A stretch of 64,000 nt of DNA from Chloroflexota bacterium (GCA_043812795.1 JBDRLU010000002.1:535-64534); one strand, 5' to 3'; positions 55,115 through 64,000 are shown, numbered from the stretch's first letter. Made by a program: numbers and translations. The notes: generated by a model from the sequence alone, not told the origin.

Positions 55115-55792
55115 ATGGCCACGGTTAGGAGAATTCCACTACCTCAGGAACCTATCGCTGAATTGCAGGCCGTCCTTGAATACGATAAAGGCGCCCGGTG
55201 CTACATCATGCCGGAATACAAATACTTCGTCCGAAAGATTTTGAACAGGGGGATACGAGGGGGCCGGGTACTGGATATCGGCACGGGGTCGGGGCGACTG
55301 GCGATTGAACTGGCCAAGAGAAAAAGCTGCGATTTTGAAATTATTGCTCTCGATATCTCCGAGAATATGGTGCGGCAAGCGAGAGCCAATGCCCGGCAAG
55401 CCGGCGTCGATAAGAAAATTAAATTCATGGTCGGTACGGCGGCGGCTCTTCCTTTTCCGGCCGGTTCCTTCGACCTCGTGATGAGCTACGCTTCATTGCA
55501 CCACTGGTTCGAACCGGTAGCCGTGTTCAATGAAATCGGGCGGGTGGTAAAAGAAGCTGGAACTTACATTATCCGTGATAATAAGAGGCTGTATCACAAT
55601 CCCCTATGGAAACCGGTTATCTGGCTGATGTCCCGCTTTATGAATAAGCGGCACCGGGAAAACTGGCCGAAAGCAATTATGGCCAGCTATACTGTCCCAG
55701 AAATCAGAGAAATACTGGACCAATCTGAGCTTAAGAAATGGTGCGTAAAGAGCGACTTCGTGGGGGTTGACCTGTCTATCGAATCACGCTAG
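55115..55792 (+). CDS. class I SAM-dependent methyltransferase
   Basis: Motif I VLDIGTGSGRLAIELAK; post-I ALDISENM; ..FDLVMSYASLHH... Confidence 0.85.
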   Translation: MATVRRIPLPQEPIAELQAVLEYDKGARCYIMPEYKYFVRKILNRGIRGGRVLDIGTGSGRLAIELAKRKSCDFEIIALDISENMVRQARANARQAGVDKKIKFMVGTAAALPFPAGSFDLVMSYASLHHWFEPVAVFNEIGRVVKEAGTYIIRDNKRLYHNPLWKPVIWLMSRFMNKRHRENWPKAIMASYTVPEIREILDQSELKKWCVKSDFVGVDLSIESR

Positions 55793-57330
55793 AGGACGAG
55801 GGCGTAGCCGACCATATCAATCAGGCCGTGGACGGTAGCGCCCGTCTTGTAGTAAGCCATCGTGTTGGGGAGCTGGGCTTTACAGATAGCACAGGGGGCA
55901 ATCAAGATAAGGGCGCCGGTAGCTTTGACCTGCTCGGCTTTCGGTTTGGAGAACTTCATTCTTAAGTCCATCAACTCATCCATGAGTATACCCGAACCTC
56001 CACCGCAGCAGAAGTTTCTGTCGCCATTGGGCCACATCTCTCTGAAATCCTCGCAGACGGCCTTTACAATCTGGCGCGGCTGTTCGATATAGCCCGCCGC
56101 GCGGCTCATGTTACACGGGTCATGGAGAGTCACCGGTAACGGGTTAGCCGATGGGTCGAGCTTTATTCTTTTGTCCCGGATATAGTCCAGGGTTTCGTCC
56201 ATCAAGTGGGTCAGTTTGTAAGGCATGGGTTTGCTGAGCTGGGAGGTAAACATCTTCCATGTCCTCCAGCCATGCCCGCATTCACCGGCTACAATCCGCT
56301 TTGCCTTCAGCCGCCTCGCCTCGTCAATTAAGAGGTTGTTGTGTCTCTTCATGGCGGCGTAGTCGAAGAACAGGCCGAAGTTAGCCGTCTCGATAATCTT
56401 GCTGCTTAGCGTCCAGCTTGTTCCGGCGGCATAGAACATTTTGGCGGCACCTTTTAAACTCTCGAAAGTGACGAAGAACTCGGAAGACGATGGATTAAAA
56501 AGTACCTCAGCACCTTCGTTGTCGATAGGGAGGGGGATATCTTTCCCGGTCTCCTCCTTCATCTCTTCCTCGATGAATTTACAGGTATCCGCCATTGCTT
56601 TCGGAGGTATAGCGATATTATTACCGAACTTCTGGGCACCCTTGGCGACGGAGGCGACGAAGTCGGGGACGATGCCCAGGTTGGTTAATATCTGCCGGCC
56701 CATGATAGTTATCTCACAGGTGTCCAGCCCGAAGGGGCAGATGACAGCGCAGCGTCGGCACTCATTACACTGATAGAAATATTTGTACCAGAGGTCTATT
56801 GTCTCCGGGCTGATATCTTCTCCACCGGCGAACCTGCCGAAAAACCGTCCGGCGCGGGTGAAGTACCTCTTATAGATTTTACGCATCAGTTCGACCCGGC
56901 CGACCGGGGCATTATTGGGGTCGCCGGTGCCGAGGTAGGTATGGCAGGCTTTGACGCAGGCACCACATTTACTGCAAATATCCATGATGAGAAGCAACGA
57001 CCGGAAGTTCTCCCTCGTTTCACCCAGTAAATCGAGAGCTCTTTGTGGCGTTTGTTCCCGCGGTGTCGGCTCGGGAGTACCCAGGATAGCTAAGTCTTGC
57101 GGTCTGGCCCTAAAGGGCCGGTCGGTAGATTTTTTGACCAGTCCCTCGACCATTTTAGCGACCATTTCCACTTCATCGGCCGGTGTAAGGTGGTACTTCT
57201 GGCGGTCGGCGTCGCTTACCTGCGGCGTGCCACGGCTATCATATTCCGCTTTGTCAGGTGGGGTGGTAATCTTACGGATATATTCGTCCAAGGCTCTTTG
57301 TTCGCTCTCGCTGATTTTTTCGGTCTTCAT
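55789..57330 (-). CDS. Fe-S oxidoreductase, HdrD/DsrK/GlpC-like
   Basis: CSKCGACVKACHTY and CNECRRCAVICPFG (two 4Fe-4S motifs), plus two CCG-type Cys-rich domains (..FCCGGGSG.., ..APCAICK..). Confidence 0.8.
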   Translation of the reverse strand: MKTEKISESEQRALDEYIRKITTPPDKAEYDSRGTPQVSDADRQKYHLTPADEVEMVAKMVEGLVKKSTDRPFRARPQDLAILGTPEPTPREQTPQRALDLLGETRENFRSLLLIMDICSKCGACVKACHTYLGTGDPNNAPVGRVELMRKIYKRYFTRAGRFFGRFAGGEDISPETIDLWYKYFYQCNECRRCAVICPFGLDTCEITIMGRQILTNLGIVPDFVASVAKGAQKFGNNIAIPPKAMADTCKFIEEEMKEETGKDIPLPIDNEGAEVLFNPSSSEFFVTFESLKGAAKMFYAAGTSWTLSSKIIETANFGLFFDYAAMKRHNNLLIDEARRLKAKRIVAGECGHGWRTWKMFTSQLSKPMPYKLTHLMDETLDYIRDKRIKLDPSANPLPVTLHDPCNMSRAAGYIEQPRQIVKAVCEDFREMWPNGDRNFCCGGGSGILMDELMDLRMKFSKPKAEQVKATGALILIAPCAICKAQLPNTMAYYKTGATVHGLIDMVGYALVL

Positions 57331-58070
57331 TTGACGACAGCCCCTCCCGGGACAAGCGGTTCTTCTTTCTGCGTTATCGTCCAGCGGTTAACGATTTGTC
57401 CTAGAGGATGGAATAGTTTGCTGAAGGGGAAATAGATAAATAAGGTGAAAGCGGTGGCAACGTGGACCGGAAAAATCCAGCTACCGGCGACGACATAGGG
57501 ATGGAAAGTGGCCAGGCCCAGGCCCCATTTCATCACTTCCGCCATATCAACCTCGGTGAAGAAACTCATGTAGGTACCGTTAACCACGTGGAAGAGGATT
57601 AAGCCAAGAGCAACGTAATCGGTGGGTATGGTAATCCTTCTCACTTCCGGGGTAAAAAGACGCTTGAAGAGCAAGATGAGCAAAGTGGCAATTAGCGGGA
57701 AGGAGAAGGTAGCGGCTACATAGAGAATAGCTTTGCCCTGAGGGATAACGAGAGGTGTCCACAGTTCGATGCCGGCATCGATTAAGCCAAAAAAGTGAGT
57801 GCCTACCAGGACGACTAAAGCACAAATGTGCATTATCCAGGCGATAACCCAGAGGACTTTATCGCTTCTGAGCAGACTGATGAAGAGGAAAAACTCGGCG
57901 GCGATTTTACCGGTTGCCGCCTTCCAGGTTGTTTTAGCCGGGGCTAGGCCGATGCGCAATGGCACGGGTGTCTGTAACCAGTACCAGAGACGATAGGCAG
58001 TGCCCAAGACGAAGATAATAATCGCGATGTAAGGAAAGATACCCTCAATGAAGAAAGCTAGACCATTCAT
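57327..58070 (-). CDS. membrane cytochrome b-like subunit, NarI/DsrM/HdrE family
   Basis: 247 aa, 5 TM, with conserved His in TM2 and TM5. Start/stop overlaps the Fe-S subunit gene. Confidence 0.65.
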   Translation of the reverse strand: MNGLAFFIEGIFPYIAIIIFVLGTAYRLWYWLQTPVPLRIGLAPAKTTWKAATGKIAAEFFLFISLLRSDKVLWVIAWIMHICALVVLVGTHFFGLIDAGIELWTPLVIPQGKAILYVAATFSFPLIATLLILLFKRLFTPEVRRITIPTDYVALGLILFHVVNGTYMSFFTEVDMAEVMKWGLGLATFHPYVVAGSWIFPVHVATAFTLFIYFPFSKLFHPLGQIVNRWTITQKEEPLVPGGAVVK

Positions 58071-58207
58071 TCAGACGTTAGTTTCACCTCGCAAAGCCTC
58101 TGGTATGTTAACATAAGTAGGGGATGAGGGTCAAGTCCTGTGAGTACAATTTTATCCGTACCAGCGCTGGATTTGCCGGGATGCCTTCTTTGGTTGCGGC
58201 TCATTCA

Positions 58208-58390
58208 CTAGGTTAAAACGAGGGCGGCATATATGGCAAACGCAGCGATAGCAATAAGAACGAGGATACCCATGATGGAGGCGAGACGCCATCGGCCTAT
58301 CTTGTGGCCCAGGTAATCACCAATGACGGTCACAGCAGCGACGCCGACAATTAACTCGACAATAGTAATGGCCGTCTTTAATTCAAGCAT
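58208..58390 (-). CDS. small membrane protein
   Basis: 60 aa, two hydrophobic helices. No family recognised. Confidence 0.4.
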   Translation of the reverse strand: MLELKTAITIVELIVGVAAVTVIGDYLGHKIGRWRLASIMGILVLIAIAAFAIYAALVLT

Positions 58391-58405
58391 AGACTTCTCT
58401 CCTCA

Positions 58406-58663
58406 TCAGCTACGTAGCATAAAAACCGTGCCCATAGCTATCATCACCAGGCCGATGGCAATGGCAATCCAGCCGCCTATTTTCAAGGCGCCGGGTTCCG
58501 GACGTGCCGGCCAGTGTTCGAAGAACTCTCTCTTATCCATGTGGGTTAACAGAGAGCGGTCGTAATTACTTTGTTCGTGTTTACCCCAGAAGAAAGAGAT
58601 TAGGCCGAGGAGGATAAAAAGACCGCCCACAGCCATAAGCGCCAGCCAATCCTGCTCAAACAT
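58406..58663 (-). CDS. small membrane protein
   Basis: 85 aa, two TM helices flanking a polar loop. No family recognised. Confidence 0.45.
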   Translation of the reverse strand: MFEQDWLALMAVGGLFILLGLISFFWGKHEQSNYDRSLLTHMDKREFFEHWPARPEPGALKIGGWIAIAIGLVMIAMGTVFMLRS

Positions 58664-58757
58664 CTTTTACCCCTACTTATTTCGGGATTTGACTTGATTA
58701 TAGCGCTTTGGGCTGTGTTTGCAATAGGCCAGGTTTTTTGATGTTCTATTAGTCAGT

Positions 58758-58805
58758 GTCATTGCGAGTCCTTCGTCGTCCTTCTTAAGGAGGACTCGCA
58801 ATGAC
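58758..58805. repeat. GTCATTGCGAG-type palindromic module, perfect hairpin
   Basis: GTCATTGCGAGTCC-N20-GGACTCGCAATGAC forms a 14-bp perfect stem. It lies 30 nt downstream of the rplL stop. Confidence 0.75.
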
Positions 58806-58834
58806 AAATGATTGTTGTGCCTAAGATGATTGGG

Positions 58835-59242
58835 CTAAGAAACCTCAGCCGTGGCCCCGGCTGCTTCCAGTTTAGCTTTGGCGGCGGCGGCCTCATCCTT
58901 GGTGACTTTTTCTTTTACCGGCTTGGGGGCGCCTTCAACCAGGTCTTTGGACTCCTTCAGTCCCAGGGAGGTCAATTCCCGCACGGCCCTGATGACGTTG
59001 ATTTTATTGGCGCCGACATCTTTGAGGATGACGTCGAACTCCGTTTTCTCTTCCTCAGCGGGGGCAGCGGCTGCGCCCGCAGCACCTCCGGCGGGTGCCG
59101 CCATCATCGGCGCGGCTGCGGTGATGCCGAATTCCTTTTCCATCGCTTTAACCAGTTCGGCCAACTCAAGGACAGTCATGCCCTTGATTTTGGCTAAGAT
59201 TTCCTCGGTGGCAGCACTTTGCGTTGCTTCAGTTTCTGGCAT
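58835..59242 (-). CDS. rplL: 50S ribosomal protein L7/L12
   Basis: ..[25 protein letters not shown]..; Ala-rich hinge; ..[25 protein letters not shown]... Confidence 0.95.
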   Translation of the reverse strand: MPETEATQSAATEEILAKIKGMTVLELAELVKAMEKEFGITAAAPMMAAPAGGAAGAAAAPAEEEKTEFDVILKDVGANKINVIRAVRELTSLGLKESKDLVEGAPKPVKEKVTKDEAAAAKAKLEAAGATAEVS

Positions 59243-59243
59243 T

Positions 59244-59777
59244 TTAGTTTCCCTCCATTTGTTTAATTCTACCGTTTAATACTCCGATGAACCCCTGAAT
59301 CGGGGAGGCTAAATGAGCGAGTAAATTGGCTACCGGGCTTTGCATCTGGCCGATAACTCTGGCGAGCAGCACTTCTCTTGATGGTAATGTGGCTAGCGTC
59401 ATTACTTCGTGTGAAGTAAGCAGCCGGTCACCCAGGAAGCCTCCCTTGATGAACGTATCGGCTTTGGTCTCACGGCCGAAATCGGCTAAAACTTTAACCG
59501 GTTTAGCGTAATCTCCGGAACCAAGCGCAATAGCCACTGGGCCTTCGAACAGGCTGACCAATTCCGTCTTTCCGGCTTTCTTGGCTGCCGACCGGGCGAG
59601 CGTATTCTTTACTACCTGATAATCTACGCCTGACTCCTGTAGCTTGCGGCGTAAAGCCGTCAGCTCGAGTGTTGAGAAGCCGCGGTAGTCAGTGAGGACG
59701 CCCAGGTTGCTCTTGGCCAGGGCGGCCTCTAACCCGTCAATAATCTGTGCCTTTTTCCCTTTCGAACTTCTGGCCAT
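59244..59777 (-). CDS. rplJ: 50S ribosomal protein L10
   Basis: 177 aa with ..[19 protein letters not shown]... Lies upstream of rplL. Confidence 0.95.
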   Translation of the reverse strand: MARSSKGKKAQIIDGLEAALAKSNLGVLTDYRGFSTLELTALRRKLQESGVDYQVVKNTLARSAAKKAGKTELVSLFEGPVAIALGSGDYAKPVKVLADFGRETKADTFIKGGFLGDRLLTSHEVMTLATLPSREVLLARVIGQMQSPVANLLAHLASPIQGFIGVLNGRIKQMEGN

Positions 59778-59813
59778 CTTTCTTATCTCCTAATTCGCTA
59801 CTATTTCTGCCTG

Positions 59814-59846
59814 AAAAAAAAGTCCTTGTGCCGATTGCACAAGGAC
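59814..59846 (-). terminator. attenuator/terminator hairpin in the rplJ (L10) leader
   Basis: Minus strand reads GTCCTTGTGC-AATCG-GCACAAGGAC followed by T8. Lies between rplA and rplJ. Confidence 0.6.
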
Positions 59847-60006
59847 TCGCACTCTTTTCCGCTTTTTTGCGGAATGATGAGAATCGTAAGTCAATGTCTT
59901 CCTCGGCGGGCGGACTGGTTTAAGCCGTAAACGGCACCCACTGTCTCAGGATGATTAAATTTTCCCTTAGTTTGTTATACCTCCAAGAACTCTAGCATAT
60001 TCTTGC

Positions 60007-60720
60007 TTAAGCGGCAACCAGCGAAAGAGTCGGCTTGAGGTCAAGGGCGATACCTGGCCCCATGGTCGTGGCCAGCACGGCCGTCTTGATATACTGCCCT
60101 TTGACGCTACTGGGCTTGGCCTTGATAATCGCCTCCAGTATGGCGGTCAAATTATCCATTAATTTGTCTTCCTCAAAACTGACCTTGCCGATAGGGACGT
60201 GGATTATTGAGGTCCGGTCCAATTTGAATTCCAGACGTCCTTTACGGGCATCCTCGATTACTCTCGGTAAGTCATTGGCGGCAACCACGGTGCCGGCTTT
60301 GGGGTTGGGCATCAGGCCCTTTCGGCCAATAATCCGGCCCAGTTTGCCTACTTTACCCATCATGTCCGGGGTAGCGATGGCGACATCGAAATCGAGCCAT
60401 CCCCCTTCAATCTTGGTGATGATGTCGTCACTGCCGACATGGTCAGCGCCGGCGGTCTCGGCTGTTCTGGCCGCTTCTCCCTGGGCAAAAACCAGGACCC
60501 GGACTTTCTTGCCCAAACCATGCGGTAACAGGGCTACGCCCCGCACTTGCTGGCTGGAATCGCGCGGGTCAAGACCTGTCCGCAGGTGGAGTTCAACTGT
60601 TTCATCGAACTTGGTGTGAGCTGTCTTTTTGGCCAGTCCGATGGCTTCCTTAGGGTCATAGGTCTTAGCCGGGTCAACCAGCTTTGCGGCTGCTTCGTAT
60701 TTCTTGCTTTGTTTTACCAT
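60007..60720 (-). CDS. rplA: 50S ribosomal protein L1
   Basis: ..[17 protein letters not shown]..; ..[21 protein letters not shown]... Confidence 0.95.
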   Translation of the reverse strand: MVKQSKKYEAAAKLVDPAKTYDPKEAIGLAKKTAHTKFDETVELHLRTGLDPRDSSQQVRGVALLPHGLGKKVRVLVFAQGEAARTAETAGADHVGSDDIITKIEGGWLDFDVAIATPDMMGKVGKLGRIIGRKGLMPNPKAGTVVAANDLPRVIEDARKGRLEFKLDRTSIIHVPIGKVSFEEDKLMDNLTAILEAIIKAKPSSVKGQYIKTAVLATTMGPGIALDLKPTLSLVAA

Positions 60721-60723
60721 GTT

Positions 60724-61146
60724 CTATTCGACCTCGATTCCCATGCTGCGGGCAGTGCCCTCAACAATTCGCTCGGCAGCTTCGATAGTTATCGCGTTCA
60801 AGTCTTTCGCCTTGAGCTGAGCTATTTCATGGACTTTATCATGCGATAGGCTGCCGACCCGTTGTGTTCCCGGGGTGCCGGCTCCTTTTTCCGCGCCGAT
60901 TGCCTTCTTGAGTAAGTCGGCCGTGGGTGGTGTTTTGGTCACGAAGCTGAACGACCGGTCTTCATAGATGGTAATTTCGGCCGGGATAATCTGGCCGGCT
61001 TGCGCCGAAGTGCGTTCATTGTATTCTTTGCAAAAGCCCATGATGTTGACTCCGTGCTGGCCTAAGGCCGGCCCGACCGGCGGTGCCGGGTTCGCCTTGC
61101 CGGCTGGAATCTGTAGTTTAATTATCGCTTTAACTTTTTTTGCCAC
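60724..61146 (-). CDS. rplK: 50S ribosomal protein L11
   Basis: [43 protein letters not shown]... Confidence 0.95.
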   Translation of the reverse strand: MAKKVKAIIKLQIPAGKANPAPPVGPALGQHGVNIMGFCKEYNERTSAQAGQIIPAEITIYEDRSFSFVTKTPPTADLLKKAIGAEKGAGTPGTQRVGSLSHDKVHEIAQLKAKDLNAITIEAAERIVEGTARSMGIEVE

Positions 61147-61173
61147 TCTATTTCTCCTTAGGTACCTTCAGGT

Positions 61174-61722
61174 CTAGAGCCTCTCCACCTGTAACGAGTC
61201 GAGCTCTACCGGCGTCTCACGTCCGAAAAGAGTTAACAGCACCTTCACCTTGCCTTTTTCCGGGCTAATCTCGTCAACTATCCCGACGAAATCAGCGAAG
61301 GGGCCATCGGTGACGCGCACGCTTTGTCCCTGCTTAAAACCAACTTTTACCTTGGGTACTTCTTCCGTCATCTGTTTGTGGATGCGGCTTACTTCGGCCT
61401 CCTGTAGTGGGGTCGGTTTCCCGCCGCTACCGACGAAACCGGTTACTCCCGGGGTATTGCGTACGATGGACCAGCTCTGGTCGCTCAACTTCATTTGAAT
61501 CAGGACGTAGCTGGGTAGTATCTTCTTGGTCACCGTGTGTCTCTGCCCGCCTCTAACTTCCACCTCATCCTCGGTCGGTATCACTACCTCTCCAATTTCA
61601 CCCTCGGCATCCATGACTTTGACGCGCTGTTCCAGGTTCTTCTTTACCCGGTCCTCATAGCCCGAGTAGGTATGGATGACATACCATTGTTTTTCGCTCT
61701 TGTCAACTGAAACTTCGTTCAT
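61174..61722 (-). CDS. nusG: transcription termination/antitermination factor NusG
   Basis: ..WYVIHTYSGYEDRVKKNLE.. (NGN domain) and C-terminal KOW domain ..GQSVRVTDGPFADFVGIV... Confidence 0.95.
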   Translation of the reverse strand: MNEVSVDKSEKQWYVIHTYSGYEDRVKKNLEQRVKVMDAEGEIGEVVIPTEDEVEVRGGQRHTVTKKILPSYVLIQMKLSDQSWSIVRNTPGVTGFVGSGGKPTPLQEAEVSRIHKQMTEEVPKVKVGFKQGQSVRVTDGPFADFVGIVDEISPEKGKVKVLLTLFGRETPVELDSLQVERL

Positions 61723-61771
61723 AAGTGTTCCCGTTTAAAATGTTGTCTCTGCTGCCACCATAAGCCCGTTA

Positions 61772-61990
61772 CTAACCGATAAAAAATGTATCCACGAGTT
61801 TGGTAAAGCCAAGATCGATAACGCCAAGGAGTATGGCCATGGCAACAGAGACCAGCAAGACCATGCCGGTCAAACGGATAGCCTCGTTCCGGTTAAGCCA
61901 GATTACTTTCTTTAGTTCGGCGATAATTTCACCCGCCGGCCTAATTCGCGGGCTGCTTGCTTTGGCCGTACTGGCCGTTCGCTGTTTCAT
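61772..61990 (-). CDS. secE: preprotein translocase subunit SecE
   Basis: 72 aa with ..ELKKVIWLNRNEAIRLT.. plus a single TM. Lies between rpmG and nusG. Confidence 0.9.
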   Translation of the reverse strand: MKQRTASTAKASSPRIRPAGEIIAELKKVIWLNRNEAIRLTGMVLLVSVAMAILLGVIDLGFTKLVDTFFIG

Positions 61991-62081
61991 ATAATCTTTT
62001 CGTGCCTCTTACTTTAATTAATTCATCTGACGGAATGCCACGGCAAAAAGTCCATCTCTCAACTTTACCGGTTGTGGTGAG

Positions 62082-62249
62082 CTATCTTGTCTCACGGTGG
62101 AGCTGATGAGAGCCGCAACGGGGGCAGTATTTTTTCAATTCCAGCCGTTGCGTGTCATTCTTTCTGTTCTTGGTAGTAGTATATGTTCTTTCCTTGCATA
62201 CCGTGCAGGCAAGATGAACGATTTCTCTGTTTTCCCCTTTTTTAGCCAT
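62082..62249 (-). CDS. rpmG: 50S ribosomal protein L33 (below the ORF-track size cutoff)
   Basis: Hand translation gives [55 protein letters not shown]. Confidence 0.9.
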   Translation of the reverse strand: MAKKGENREIVHLACTVCKERTYTTTKNRKNDTQRLELKKYCPRCGSHQLHRETR

Positions 62250-62251
62250 AG

Positions 62252-63457
62252 TTATTCAAGGATTTTGGTAAACGTGCCGGCGCCTACCGTTTTCCCTCCT
62301 TCACGAATAGCAAAACGCAGACCTTCCTCGAGGGCTACCGGGTAAATAAGTTTTATCTTCATGGGGACATTGTCACCCGGCATGGCCATTTCCATTCCTT
62401 CCGGCAATGCGATATCGCCGGTGACATCGGTAGTCCTGATATAAAACTGGGGTTTGTAGCCGGTGAAGAACGGAGTGTGCCGGCCGCCTTCCTCTTTACT
62501 CAAAATGTAAACCTGGCCTTCGGCATAGGTGTGGGGCTTAATGCTACCGGGCGCGGCTAAAACCATGCCCCGTTCGATATCCTCTCGCTCAACGCCGCGG
62601 AGCAGGATACCGACGGCATCGCCGGGCTCAGCATAGTCCAGTGTCTTGTGGAACATTTCAAGGCTGGTGGCCACTACCTTGCGCGGCTCATGACGCAAAC
62701 CGACTACTTCGACTTCGTCGCCGGCTTTAATTTTGCCTCGTTCGACACGTCCCGTGGGTACGGTGCCCCGCCCCTTGATACTGAAGACATCCTCCACAGG
62801 CATCAGGAAGGGCTGGTCGGTAGCTCGTACCGGAGTGGGGATATAATCATCGACGGCCTCCATTAGTTTCCAGATGGGACCGCACCACTGACAGTCCCTC
62901 TTGCCGCAGCCACACTCAAGTGCCTTGAGAGCGCTTAATCGGATTACCGGTGTCTTATCGCCCGGGAACTGATATTTGGTGAGTAGTTCTCTGACCTCTA
63001 ATTCGACCAGTTCCAGAAGCTCCTCATCTTCCATGAGGTCCACTTTGTTAAGAGCGACGACGATATAGGGTACGCCAACCTGGCGGGCGAGCAGGACGTG
63101 CTCTCTGGTCTGAGGCATCGGCCCGTCCGGAGCGCTGACGACCAGTATGGCGCCATCCATCTGGGCCGCGCCGGTAATCATGTTCTTAATAAAGTCGGCA
63201 TGTCCCGGACAATCGACGTGGGCATAGTGCCGCTTCTCTGTTTCATATTCTACATGAGCGATGGCGATGGTCATGCCACGGGCTTTTTCCTCAGGCGCAT
63301 TATCAATCTGGTAGAAGTCTTTAAACTGGGTATTCGTGCCTGACTTGGAAAGCGCCATTGTTATGGCCGAGGTTAAGGTTGTTTTTCCGTGGTCAACATG
63401 CCCAATGGTACCCACATTACAATGTGGTTTAGTTCGCTCAAATTTCTGTTTTGCCAT
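62252..63457 (-). CDS. tuf: elongation factor Tu
   Basis: [40 protein letters not shown]... ATG 63457 is chosen from the universal N-terminus. Confidence 0.97.
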   Translation of the reverse strand: MAKQKFERTKPHCNVGTIGHVDHGKTTLTSAITMALSKSGTNTQFKDFYQIDNAPEEKARGMTIAIAHVEYETEKRHYAHVDCPGHADFIKNMITGAAQMDGAILVVSAPDGPMPQTREHVLLARQVGVPYIVVALNKVDLMEDEELLELVELEVRELLTKYQFPGDKTPVIRLSALKALECGCGKRDCQWCGPIWKLMEAVDDYIPTPVRATDQPFLMPVEDVFSIKGRGTVPTGRVERGKIKAGDEVEVVGLRHEPRKVVATSLEMFHKTLDYAEPGDAVGILLRGVEREDIERGMVLAAPGSIKPHTYAEGQVYILSKEEGGRHTPFFTGYKPQFYIRTTDVTGDIALPEGMEMAMPGDNVPMKIKLIYPVALEEGLRFAIREGGKTVGAGTFTKILE

Positions 63458-63477
63458 ATTTCCCTCCCTTAATTCTA

Positions 63478-63550
63478 AGCCCACAACCAGATTCGAACTG
63501 GTGACCCCGCCCTTACCAAGGGCGTGCTCTACCAGCTGAGCTATGTGGGC
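63478..63550 (-). tRNA. tRNA-Thr (GGT)
   Basis: Hand-folded cloverleaf: GCCCACA / GCTC-AGCTGGTA-GAGC / CGCCC-TTGGTAA-GGGCG / ACCAG-TTCGAAT-CTGGT / TGTGGGC-T. No encoded CCA. Confidence 0.9.
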
Positions 63551-63604
63551 ATATTTTCCTATTATACTGGCTTTTACGCTTTGGTGTCTAGCCCCGATTC
63601 CGGA

Positions 63605-63692
63605 TGGTGGAGGGGGGAGGATTCGAACCTCCGTAGCCCGTCAGGGCGACAGTTTTACAGACTGTTCCGATTAACCACTCCGGCACCCCTCC
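63605..63692 (-). tRNA. tRNA-Tyr (GTA), long variable arm, CCA encoded
   Basis: GGAGGGG..ACAGT-CTGTAAA-ACTGT..variable arm CGCCCTGACGGGCTAC..GGAGG-TTCGAAT-CCTCC..CCCCTCC-A-CCA. Confidence 0.9.
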
Positions 63693-63714
63693 CGGTAATC
63701 AGGTAGAGCACCTC

Positions 63715-63787
63715 AGCCCGAGAGGGGATTCGAACCCGCTAACCTACCGATTACAAGTCGGTTGCGCTTCCATTGCGCCACTCGGGC
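63715..63787 (-). tRNA. tRNA-Thr (TGT)
   Basis: GCCCGAG / GCGC-AATGGAA-GCGC / ACCGA-CTTGTAA-TCGGT / T arm with one C-C mismatch / CTCGGGC-T. Confidence 0.85.
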
Positions 63788-64000
63788 ATTAGTTTACCAT
63801 ATTTATTTATTAACGTAAGCCTCTTCCTAAAAAAGATGAAGTCTAGCGGGAGCTAACCCCTAGGCTAGACTAGACACGGCTTTACTGGCGCTTGGGCTGT
63901 GCCCAAAGCCACGGTAGTATTATAGGTACGAATGGCCTAAAAGTCAAGGCTGGAGACTGTTTTACGTTTTGCTTGACAAGGTTGTGCGCTTATGGTAATT

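Noticed and set aside
1150-58805. Whether the dispersed palindromic repeats could be a CRISPR array.
   Set aside because: The copies are scattered kilobases apart in different intergenic regions and in both orientations. They do not have regularly spaced unique spacers, and there are no cas genes in the window.
63788-64000. Promoter-like hexamers at the right window edge. On the minus strand, TTACGT-16-TAAACT lies upstream of the tRNA cluster. On the plus strand, TTGACA begins at ~63975.
   Set aside because: Both are plausible. The -35 of the first is weak, and the -10 of the second is cut by the window end. Neither can be supported well enough to list as a feature.

Overview
About 64 kb of bacterial chromosome. 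The organism looks like Chloroflexota, possibly Dehalococcoidia-like; this is an inference from gene content, T-box use and the intergenic repeat repertoire, and I cannot verify it here.

Most of the window is tightly packed housekeeping:
- rpsF-ssb-rpsR
- rpmH-rnpA-yidD-[beta-propeller lipoprotein]-yidC-jag-ileS
- a T-box-controlled trpB2
- rplU-rpmA-rpmE
- hisA-hisI, trpS, argS, recG
- a DegV/DAK2 (FakB/FakA-like) pair, rpmB, rpe
- argH-argG-argD-argB-argJ
- tRNA(Thr-Tyr-Thr)-tuf-rpmG-secE-nusG-rplK-rplA-rplJ-rplL

There is no rRNA, no CRISPR array, and no intact transposase or integrase.

Parts that deserve a second look:
1. A low-GC single-gene island at 29354-30394 encodes a RelA/SpoT (toxSAS-like) domain fused to an unknown C-terminal domain. 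It may be a CapRel-like fused toxin-antitoxin defence gene.
2. A translationally coupled cluster at 50446-55792 runs ABC ATPase, divergent UbiA prenyltransferase, ABC permease, U32-family (O2-independent hydroxylase-like) protein, binding lipoprotein, SAM methyltransferase. It sits next to an HdrD/DsrK plus NarI/DsrM-like quinol module. I read it as a candidate import-and-tailoring route for a prenylated aromatic or quinone.
3. A low-GC island at 5494-8346 holds three 5'-truncated RHS core fragments, two IS remnants, one unrecognised Gly-rich C-terminal domain and small putative immunity genes.
4. A five-gene operon, tldD-pmbA-PAC2-HEAT-GNAT, has intergenic gaps of 0-4 nt.
5. Three genes can only start at AUU or AUA (rplU, hisA, an MFS gene).
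6. The FakA-like gene carries an in-frame TAA.
7. At least four families of short palindromic repeat modules fill about 11 intergenic loci. One of them supplies the 3' end of a transporter gene.

All calls come from reading the sequence and the ORF track. No searches were run.
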